Shown: in pieces, positions 1-9,749 of the stretch
Layout of the letters: each line of letters starts with the position of its first letter
How positions within the stretch are numbered: position 1 is the stretch's first letter
Assembly (NCBI GenBank): GCA_028694075.1
Contig: JAQUUD010000002.1
Location: 1 to 38,987, forward strand
DNA length: 38,987 bases
From: Clostridia bacterium
GTDB taxonomy: Bacteria; Bacillota; Clostridia; Christensenellales; UBA1242
Direction: 5' to 3'
Position numbers and translations under genes: made by a program
Notes under the pieces: model-generated
Told to the model about the DNA's origin: nothing
Database searches by the model: none
The model's input: only the letters and a program-made list of their open reading frames with translations

Positions 1-1
1 C

Positions 2-736
2 AAGGGAGATTTAATTTACAAGCAAAAACTTTCTGAAAGCAACTTAAGGCTTGTTGTCAGCATTGCAAAAAAATATTCAATAAGACCAAATATGCAATTT
101 TTGGATTTAATTCAAGAGGGCAATATGGGGCTTTTAAAAGCGGTTGAAAAATTTGATTATACGAAAGGCTTCCGCTTTTCAACATATGCAACTTGGTGGA
201 TTAGGCAGTCAATTACAAGAGCAATAGCAGATCAAGCAAGAACAATTAGAATACCGGTGCATATGGTTGAAACCATTCATAAATTATCGCGTGCAACAGA
301 GCAGTTATGTCAACAGTTTGGAAGAGATCCGTCAGTTTCCGAACTTGCAGAAGTTTTGAATTTGAGTGAAGATAAAATTGCTGAAATTCAAAAAATTTCA
401 CAAGTGCCAATATCTCTTGATTGCCCTGTGGGCGAAGAAGAAGATAGCAAAATTGCAGATTTTGTGGAAGATGAAACAATAAAATCGCCTGTTGAATTCA
501 CAAGCGAAAAGATGCTTAGAGAACAACTTTGCACAATTATTGAAACATTAACTCCAAGAGAGCAAAAAGTTATCAAATTGAGATATGGTCTTGATGATGG
601 GCATGTTCGTACTTTGGAAGAAGTAGGAAGAGAATTTAATGTTACAAGAGAAAGAATTCGTCAAATTGAAGCAAAAGCCCTTAGAAAACTTCGTCACCCA
701 ACCCGTGCAAAAAAATTGGCAGATTATATTGAATAA
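2..736 (+). CDS. rpoD: Primary RNA polymerase sigma factor (sigma-70/SigA family), 5' end cut by window edge
   Basis: The frame is open from nt 2 ([25 protein letters not shown]...), upstream of the Met at 92. It contains region 2 ([52 protein letters not shown]), region 3 and region 4.2 ([30 protein letters not shown]). Confidence 0.95.
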   Translation, partial: KGDLIYKQKLSESNLRLVVSIAKKYSIRPNMQFLDLIQEGNMGLLKAVEKFDYTKGFRFSTYATWWIRQSITRAIADQARTIRIPVHMVETIHKLSRATEQLCQQFGRDPSVSELAEVLNLSEDKIAEIQKISQVPISLDCPVGEEEDSKIADFVEDETIKSPVEFTSEKMLREQLCTIIETLTPREQKVIKLRYGLDDGHVRTLEEVGREFNVTRERIRQIEAKALRKLRHPTRAKKLADYIE

Positions 737-933
737 TTTTTAAATTAAAAAAAATATATTTTACAATATTGTTGAATAAATAATAAAAATGTAATAATTT
801 TTAGAAATTAGTATATTAAAAATTATGTAGTGATATTTTATAATCTTAAAATAATTAATTTTTAAATAATTAAAATTCTTGAAATAAATTTTTAAATTAG
901 GAATCATTAATAAAGCCTGTCATCTTTATTTTA

Positions 934-962
934 TTGACAAAAATTGCTTTTTGCTTTAATAT
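934..962 (+). promoter_or_regulatory. Sigma-A type promoter for the zinc-ribbon gene
   Basis: TTGACA (934-939), a 17-nt spacer, then TAATAT (957-962). It lies inside the 944-start ORF of the track, which argues for the downstream start at 1007. Confidence 0.55.
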
Positions 963-1006
963 ATATTCACAAAAGAAAAAACCAACAATTTAAAAGGAAA
1001 AATTAT

Positions 1007-1705
1007 ATGGATATAAATAAAATATTGGATTATCAGAAAAAAGATTTTGAAATAATCAAATTGGAATTTTCATTAAATGAAAGCCCTAATAAAAAAGCAA
1101 TAAATCAGATTTTAAGCGTTGTTAAAGAAACTCAAGATTCTTCTGCTGAACTGGAAAAAAATGCTGAGGAAATTTTGGCTCAGTTTAACAATCTTAAAAA
1201 AACATACGCTGATAATATAAGCACATTTTTGACTCTTAGCAAAAAAAACTCAGAAAAATTAAATGAAATGGAAGTTGATGGAATGTCTAATTTAATGCAT
1301 ACAATGTCATCTAATTTAAGTATTCTTGAAAAAAAATTATTAAGTTTAGCAGAAAAAGTGAGCGGTGTTTTGTCAGGTTATGAAATGGCTAAGAAAAAAT
1401 ATCAAAAAGCACGGGAAAAACATAAGGAATTTAAAGATAAATTTGATAAGGAACAAAGTGTTTTTAAACCTCAAGTGGACAAACTGCTTGCAGAATTAAA
1501 ATCAATGGAAAAGGGCATTGAAGCAAAATATCTCGCAAAATATAAAGAAAAAAGGCAAGATAACATATTTCCTGTTTTTGTTAAGTTCACGTCAAATGCG
1601 TGTGGCGGTTGTATGATGGAACTTCCGTCAGCACAAATTGAAAAATTAAAAAAAGAAAGCATTTTGGAATGTGAAAACTGTCACAGGTTAATGTTTTTAG
1701 AATAA
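1007..1705 (+). CDS. Coiled-coil protein with C-terminal C4 zinc ribbon (COG1579/DUF164-like)
   Basis: ATG at 1007 is preceded by AAGGAAAA. The protein has a long K/E-rich helical body and ends ACGGCMMELPSAQIEKLKKESILECENCHRLMFLE (CxxC-N21-CxxC), as in COG1579 zinc-ribbon proteins. Confidence 0.75.
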   Translation: MDINKILDYQKKDFEIIKLEFSLNESPNKKAINQILSVVKETQDSSAELEKNAEEILAQFNNLKKTYADNISTFLTLSKKNSEKLNEMEVDGMSNLMHTMSSNLSILEKKLLSLAEKVSGVLSGYEMAKKKYQKAREKHKEFKDKFDKEQSVFKPQVDKLLAELKSMEKGIEAKYLAKYKEKRQDNIFPVFVKFTSNACGGCMMELPSAQIEKLKKESILECENCHRLMFLE

Positions 1706-1780
1706 TTTTAATTAAAAGGGCTTGAAAAAGAAGTTCATGTGTGTTATAATAATTTTTAAGAAAGGGGATAAATTATGACA
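1650..1780 (+). repeat. 131-bp direct repeat, copy 1 (3' end of zinc-ribbon gene + promoter + SD + ATGACA)
   Basis: Identical base for base to 2266-2396 (offset 616 nt). Confidence 0.95.
1722..1750 (+). promoter_or_regulatory. Promoter inside repeat copy 1
   Basis: TTGAAA (1722-1727), a 17-nt spacer, then TATAAT (1745-1750) preceded by TGT (extended -10). An AAAGGGG SD precedes the ATG at 1775. Confidence 0.6.
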
Positions 1781-2140
1781 AAAAAACAAAAGGGTAAAGA
1801 TGCGATAACTGAATTCATAGCGGAGGAAGTTAATGAAAAGCCAAGTAATGTTTCAAAATTACACTTGTTTTCTGCTTTGGAACAGACATTGGAAAATGAA
1901 AAATTGCTCGCTGCTTTAAAATTTGTATCAACATCATTGAAAAAAAATCCAGTGCTTGTTAAATCAGCAATTAAATCTGACCAAGGAAAATTTGAAGCAT
2001 TTTTTACAACTATTGATGAACTTTTAGAAGAAGTAGGTGCTATGTTAGCCGAAGAAAGACTTCAATATGTGCCAAACAACTTAAAACAAGACCCTGAACT
2101 TGTAAAAAAAGCTGGTAAATTAGACGATAAACAACAATAA
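1775..2140 (+). CDS. Hypothetical 121-aa acidic protein, possibly with DUF4116-type repeats
   Basis: Good SD and promoter. Two short segments (LKKNPVLVKSAIKSD and LKQDPELVKKAGKLD) resemble the DUF4116 repeat. This comes from memory only and is unverified. Confidence 0.6.
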   Translation: MTKKQKGKDAITEFIAEEVNEKPSNVSKLHLFSALEQTLENEKLLAALKFVSTSLKKNPVLVKSAIKSDQGKFEAFFTTIDELLEEVGAMLAEERLQYVPNNLKQDPELVKKAGKLDDKQQ

Positions 2141-2265
2141 GTTTATGCATTATCTGATGCTTTTATTTGATTTGGAAGCCATTAAGTTTTTTTAGTGGCT
2201 TTTGTTATTCAAAGTAAACAACTTAATTTAAGAAAATATAATGGTTTTTAAAAAAATAAATTCCT

Positions 2266-2396
2266 AAAAAGAAAGCATTTTGGAATGTGAAAACTGTCAC
2301 AGGTTAATGTTTTTAGAATAATTTTAATTAAAAGGGCTTGAAAAAGAAGTTCATGTGTGTTATAATAATTTTTAAGAAAGGGGATAAATTATGACA
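2266..2396 (+). repeat. 131-bp direct repeat, copy 2 (orphan 3' fragment of zinc-ribbon gene + promoter + SD + ATGACA)
   Basis: Identical to 1650-1780. The zinc-ribbon coding fragment here has no upstream gene body. Confidence 0.95.
2338..2366 (+). promoter_or_regulatory. Promoter inside repeat copy 2
   Basis: Same TTGAAA-17-TATAAT element as 1722-1750, shifted by 616 nt. Confidence 0.55.
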
Positions 2397-2531
2397 TTGT
2401 TAACAGGAAAGAATGTCAGAGATATTGTTCGTGATTGCCAGACATATGATTTTAATAAATCTGATGATTGCTTATTTGTAAAATCACTTTTTGATATTCC
2501 ATATAACGTTATAAAGAAGAAAAAGTTATGA
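2391..2531 (+). CDS. Hypothetical 46-aa ORF (below the ORF-track cut-off)
   Basis: It starts with the ATGACA supplied by repeat copy 2 and translates to MTLLTGKNVRDIVRDCQTYDFNKSDDCLFVKSLFDIPYNVIKKKKL. Its TGA overlaps the next ATG (ATGA at 2528-2531). Confidence 0.3.
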   Translation: MTLLTGKNVRDIVRDCQTYDFNKSDDCLFVKSLFDIPYNVIKKKKL

Positions 2532-2971
2532 TAGAATTAACAGCTTTAAATGTTTTCAGTGTTAAAAAAGAATGCCAATATAATTTTGGTAAAAAAAACT
2601 CTTCACCCACTGATAAAGATTTTAAAATGGTCATATCTGAATCAAATATTTATTATTTTAGTGCTAATGAATTAGAAGGCAATCGAGAAATAATAGAAGG
2701 TTTTTTCAGACAACTGATATGGACAGAAGAAAATTTATCAAGTGCAAGTATTATGCAAACCAATCAAAATGGCAAAAAGTGGGGCGATTTTTATGCGGTT
2801 GCGGATTTGATAGCACTAGGAATAGGGTTAAAGTTAGTGCAAATTAAAACTCCAGATATTAAGAACCCTTTTAATTATTCGCCAATTATTAAACTCAATC
2901 AAGAACACTTTAAATCTCATAGTCAAAAAATAGAAAAAGATAAAAGGCGAAATATTGAATTAACAAAATAA
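2528..2971 (+). CDS. Hypothetical 147-aa protein
   Basis: An ORF with an ATGA overlap to the preceding small ORF, followed by a clean terminator. I recognise no family. Confidence 0.55.
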   Translation: MIELTALNVFSVKKECQYNFGKKNSSPTDKDFKMVISESNIYYFSANELEGNREIIEGFFRQLIWTEENLSSASIMQTNQNGKKWGDFYAVADLIALGIGLKLVQIKTPDIKNPFNYSPIIKLNQEHFKSHSQKIEKDKRRNIELTK

Positions 2972-3031
2972 TTCAACAAATAAGCAATGAACATAGACTT
3001 AGTTAAAGATAAATGATTATTATAATATTAT

Positions 3032-3057
3032 AAGACAGTTATAGAACTGTCTTTTTT
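3032..3057 (+). terminator. Rho-independent terminator
   Basis: AAGACAGTT / ATAG loop / AACTGTCTT, followed by a T-run. Confidence 0.8.
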
Positions 3058-3205
3058 ATTTTTAAGAAACTGTTGCGTCAAGATGTAATAGTTAACCTGC
3101 AAGTCAGAAAATGAAGATATACAAGTCGTAATTCGTCATTTTTCATTTTGTTTACGCATTTTTTAAAAATTTTTTGATATTTTGTAAATTTCTTTAAAAA
3201 AAGTG

Positions 3206-3234
3206 TTGACATTGGTTTTCGAGTGTGGTATTAT
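3206..3234 (+). promoter_or_regulatory. rRNA promoter (23S-5S unit)
   Basis: TTGACA (3206-3211), a 17-nt spacer, then TATTAT (3229-3234) preceded by TGG (extended -10). A long A/T-rich UP-like tract lies upstream. Confidence 0.65.
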
Positions 3235-3395
3235 AACACCGTTGCCCTATAAGAAGCTGATGCTTTTATAGAGTAACGCTTAAAAAAATAGTACATTGAC
3301 AATTGCATATTTTAGATATCAAATATCAGTAATATAGAGTAATGTAATTCTTTATATTCAATTTTATTCTGAAAGTCTTTTTTTTAAAAATAAGC

Positions 3396-3409
3396 GAAAA
3401 TGCTAAGAA
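3396..3409 (+). other. 5' half of 23S processing stem
   Basis: GAAAATGCTAAGAA pairs 13/14 with 6368-6381 (TTCTTAGAATTTTC), bracketing the mature 23S. Confidence 0.7.
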
Positions 3410-3412
3410 TCC

Positions 3413-6345
<2,933 letters not shown>

Positions 6346-6367
6346 AAATGAACGTTTAAATACGTTC

Positions 6368-6381
6368 TTCTTAGAATTTTC
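6368..6381 (+). other. 3' half of 23S processing stem
   Basis: Complement of 3396-3409 with one mismatch. Confidence 0.7.
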
Positions 6382-6577
6382 CAACTTATATAATAAAATA
6401 AAAAAGATTTACTCTAAAAATATGCAATTAAAAGAACTATTTTTTAAATTTGAAAATAACATTAATTAATTTGAAATTTGAAGTGCAAACTAAAAATTGA
6501 AGATTAATTAAGGCTAAAAATACAAATAATTTATATTGAATTGATTGCAAAATTAAAACAATATTGATTAAACTTAT

Positions 6578-6692
6578 TTAGTGACGATAGAGAGAAGGTC
6601 CCACCTGTTCCCATTTCGAACACAGAAGTTAAGCTTCTTTTCGCCGACAATACTTGACTGGTAACGGTCCGGGAAAATAGGGCATTGCTGAG
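6578..6692 (+). rRNA. rrf: 5S ribosomal RNA
   Basis: Contains CCCACCTGTTCCCATTTCGAACACAGAAGTTAAGC. The terminal helix TTAGTGA / TTGCTGA closes the molecule. Ends are accurate to a few nt. Confidence 0.9.
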
Positions 6693-6702
6693 TAAACAAA
6701 TT

Positions 6703-6726
6703 AAAAGCACCGCAAGGTGCTTTTTT
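6703..6726 (+). terminator. Rho-independent terminator of the rRNA unit
   Basis: AAAAGCACC / GCAA tetraloop / GGTGC followed by TTTTTT. Confidence 0.8.
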
Positions 6727-6873
6727 CATATATTTTGAAAAATCGGACCGTTACCAGTCAACATAAAGGGGTCCCAAAAGATTTCAGAATTGAAATCTTT
6801 TGAAGTTCACTATTATGGATAGCATATTTCTTTTGTATAAATTATTATTCATATTTATTTTTTATAAAATAAA

Positions 6874-6882
6874 TGTTATAAT
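6874..6882 (+). promoter_or_regulatory. Extended -10 element immediately upstream of the hydrolase start codon
   Basis: TGTTATAAT ends 6 nt before the A of ATG 6889. There is no SD in between. Confidence 0.4.
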
Positions 6883-6888
6883 AAAAAT

Positions 6889-7764
6889 ATGAGAATAATA
6901 AATGTGGATACAATAACTGGAACAACGCTTTATGGTTGTTTTTATGGCGAAACTTATAGAGATGTTTGTGTTATATTAACTCCTGGCACTTGTGGAAATA
7001 TTTTTGAGAATAAATTTTTGCAGGTGATTGGCGATAAATTGGAAGAACAAAGAATTTCGTATATTTGTGCACATAACAGTGGTTCCTTTCACATTATAGA
7101 TTTACCTCATAAAATTAATGGAACTAAAAGATGTGGATTTTCATTTGAACTATTTGAAGATTGGTTTGATGATATTGATGCTTGGATAAATTATGCTAAA
7201 AGTTTAGGTTATAAAAAAATAGTATTGGGAGGACATAGTTTAGGTGCTAGTAAAGTGATTAATTATTTAAGCAATAAAAATAATTCGGTGGTTGATAATT
7301 ATATCCTGCTTTCGCCAGTTGATTTAAGTATGCAAAGCGATAAAGAAAAAGAACAAATACCAAGATTATTGATTGAAGCAAAAAAACATATAGAAAACAA
7401 TCAACCTGAAAAAATACTTTCAGTAATGTTTGATGATTATAATGTTTTTTGTGCAAGAAGTTTTATTGATTTTATGAATTTACCAAATCATTTTCCAATA
7501 TATCAAAAAAATGGAAAATGTTTTGATTTAAAAAAAATCAATATAAAAGGATTATTTGTCATTGGTGAAAAAGATTGGTTTGCCAACCAAGATGCCAAAA
7601 AACATTTATTGTTAATAAACGAAAACACCAAAAATAAAAATAATAAAATGGAAGTAATAAACAATACGGGACATACTTACCAAGAAAAAGAAATTGAATT
7701 ATCAAATATTATAATTGATTTTATAAAAAATTGTAATAAAAAGGTAAGATTAATGCCAAAATAA
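6889..7764 (+). CDS. Alpha/beta-fold hydrolase (serine esterase/lipase-like)
   Basis: Nucleophile elbow GGHSLGASK (GxSxG), and late GEKDWF and NTGHTY segments compatible with the Asp and His of a catalytic triad. Confidence 0.7.
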   Translation: MRIINVDTITGTTLYGCFYGETYRDVCVILTPGTCGNIFENKFLQVIGDKLEEQRISYICAHNSGSFHIIDLPHKINGTKRCGFSFELFEDWFDDIDAWINYAKSLGYKKIVLGGHSLGASKVINYLSNKNNSVVDNYILLSPVDLSMQSDKEKEQIPRLLIEAKKHIENNQPEKILSVMFDDYNVFCARSFIDFMNLPNHFPIYQKNGKCFDLKKINIKGLFVIGEKDWFANQDAKKHLLLINENTKNKNNKMEVINNTGHTYQEKEIELSNIIIDFIKNCNKKVRLMPK

Positions 7765-7835
7765 AGAATTTGCGAGTATAAAAAAATTAACGAAAAGATT
7801 CGCTAATTTTTTTCTAAAATGCGTTTTAATATCTG

Positions 7836-9395
7836 TTATACTTTTAAAACTCCGGCTTTGTCTATGAAAGTGTTTTCATCAACTAAATCAAAAATACGGT
7901 TTGCAACTGTTTCAACAAGTTCCAAATCGTGACTGGAAAATATTAAAGGTCCTTTAAAGTTTATCATTCCTTTATTTAATGAAGAAATGCTTTCCAAATC
8001 TAAGTGATTAGTCGGCTCGTCCAACATTAAAAAATTTCCGTTTTCAAGCATTAATTTTGCAAGCATACATCTCACGCGCTCTCCGCCAGAAAGAACATCT
8101 ACAGGCTTCAATGCCTCGTCACCAGAAAATAACATTTTCCCAAGCCACCCACGAATATACATTTCTGTTTGGTCTTTTGAGAAGTGTCTTAACCAGTCTG
8201 CAATTGAATTCTTGTTGTTTTCAAAATATTCACGGTTGTCCTGTGGCAAATAACTGAATTTAATTGTTTTACCCCAGTGAATATTGCCACTATCCGCTGT
8301 TTCTCTGCCTGAAAGAATATCAAAAAACATCGTAACCGCCAAGGCATTGCTTGAAATAATTGCAATTTTATCTTCAGGATTTATTGAAAAGGAAATATTA
8401 TTAAAATATCCGTGTTTGGTTAAGTTCTTAACAATCAAAATTTCCTTGCCGATGCCTTGTTCGAATTTAAAGTCAATATAAGGATATTTTCTGTTTGATG
8501 GTTTAAAATCTTCGATTGTTAGTTTTTCAAGTTCCTTCTTGCGTGAAGTTGCTTGACGAGATTTTGATGCGTTCGCTGAAAATCTTGCTATAAAATCTTT
8601 TAGTTCTTTTGCTCGTTGCTCAGATTTCTTGTTTTGTTCGGCTGTTTGTCTTAAAAGCAGTTGACTTGTTTCGTACCAAAAATCATAATTGCCAAGAAAC
8701 ATATTAATTTCACTATAATCAACATCGCATATATGCGTACAAACTTTGTTTAGAAAATGGCGGTTGTGGCTGACAACAATCACAGTGTTTTCAAAATCTA
8801 ATAAAAAATTTTCCAGCCAGCGAACTGCTTTGAAGTCAAGATTGTTGGTTGGTTCATCTAAAACCAAAATATCAGGATTTCCGAAAAGTGCTTGAGATAA
8901 TAAAACCTTGACTTTATGTTTTGGGTCGATGTCAGCCATTAATTTATCAAAATACTTTTCATCTATGCCAATTTCTTTGAGTAATGTTTTGGCTTCGCTT
9001 TCTGCTTCCCAGCCCCCAAGCAAGGCATATTCTTCTTCCAGTTCGGAAACCTTTATTCCATCTGCATCTGAAAAGTCTGATTTGCTGTAAAGTTCGTTTT
9101 TCAATTTCTCAATCTCGGATAATTTTTTATGCCCTAACATCACTGTTTCTAAAACTGTGTTTGAGTCGTATGCATTTTGGTTTTGTACGAGTACGCTAAG
9201 ACGCTCATTTGGAGAAATGAAAATTTCGCCCTTGTTTGGTTCTATCTCGCCAGATAAAACTTTTAAGAAGGTTGATTTTCCAGAGCCGTTAGCCCCAATT
9301 ATTCCATAACAATTGCCTTTTGTAAACTTTAAGTTTACTTCTTTAAACAGCACTCTGTCGCCATATCTTAATGATATATTAATAGCCTGCATCAT
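7836..9395 (-). CDS. ABC-F family ATPase (two fused ABC domains, no membrane domain; YbiT/YkpA-like)
   Basis: Two Walker A motifs (GANGSGKST and a degenerate second), two LSGGE signatures, Walker B LVLDEPTNNLD and LMLDEPTNHLD, and a basic inter-domain linker (QNKKSEQRAKELKDFIARFSANASKSRQATSRKKELEKL). An AGGAG SD is present. Confidence 0.9.
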   Translation of the reverse strand: MMQAINISLRYGDRVLFKEVNLKFTKGNCYGIIGANGSGKSTFLKVLSGEIEPNKGEIFISPNERLSVLVQNQNAYDSNTVLETVMLGHKKLSEIEKLKNELYSKSDFSDADGIKVSELEEEYALLGGWEAESEAKTLLKEIGIDEKYFDKLMADIDPKHKVKVLLSQALFGNPDILVLDEPTNNLDFKAVRWLENFLLDFENTVIVVSHNRHFLNKVCTHICDVDYSEINMFLGNYDFWYETSQLLLRQTAEQNKKSEQRAKELKDFIARFSANASKSRQATSRKKELEKLTIEDFKPSNRKYPYIDFKFEQGIGKEILIVKNLTKHGYFNNISFSINPEDKIAIISSNALAVTMFFDILSGRETADSGNIHWGKTIKFSYLPQDNREYFENNKNSIADWLRHFSKDQTEMYIRGWLGKMLFSGDEALKPVDVLSGGERVRCMLAKLMLENGNFLMLDEPTNHLDLESISSLNKGMINFKGPLIFSSHDLELVETVANRIFDLVDENTFIDKAGVLKV

Positions 9396-9749
9396 TTTTA
9401 ATAACTCCTGAATTTTTATAATTGAAATTTGCTTTATTTGTGAAGTTCCCTAAATTATGGACTAAAAAAACCCGCTTTTAGAAACTTTGAATTGATTTGA
9501 GTTTCTCAAATTCGGAAATGCCAAAAACGGCATTCCATACAAAATAACAAATTTATTTAACTAATTATTATTATAACACAAATCTATTAAATTTACCAGC
9601 ATTATCGATCATACACTTAATTAATTTTAATGCTCATATGATATTTATGTGTTCAAAAAAAATAAAAGTATCAATTATATAAACTGTTCCGCTATACTTT
9701 TTATAATTTATATGATATAATATTTTAATTAATAAAACAAGGTGAAGTT

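Noticed and set aside
944-1006. N-terminal extension of the zinc-ribbon ORF (track start at 944)
   Set aside because: The extension overlaps a good TTGACA-17-TAATAT promoter and has no SD. The Met at 1007 has one.
3296-3301. A second TTGACA upstream of the 23S gene as a tandem P2 rRNA promoter
   Set aside because: I could not find a credible -10 hexamer at 16-18 nt spacing.
8057-9199. Plus-strand ORFs (60-71 aa) antisense to the ABC-F gene
   Set aside because: They are shadow frames of a well-supported minus-strand gene.
9600-9749. A T-box or other riboswitch leader in front of glnS
   Set aside because: The region is too short and A/T-rich, has no T-box consensus (AGGGTGGNACCGCG-like) and no convincing specifier or antiterminator structure.
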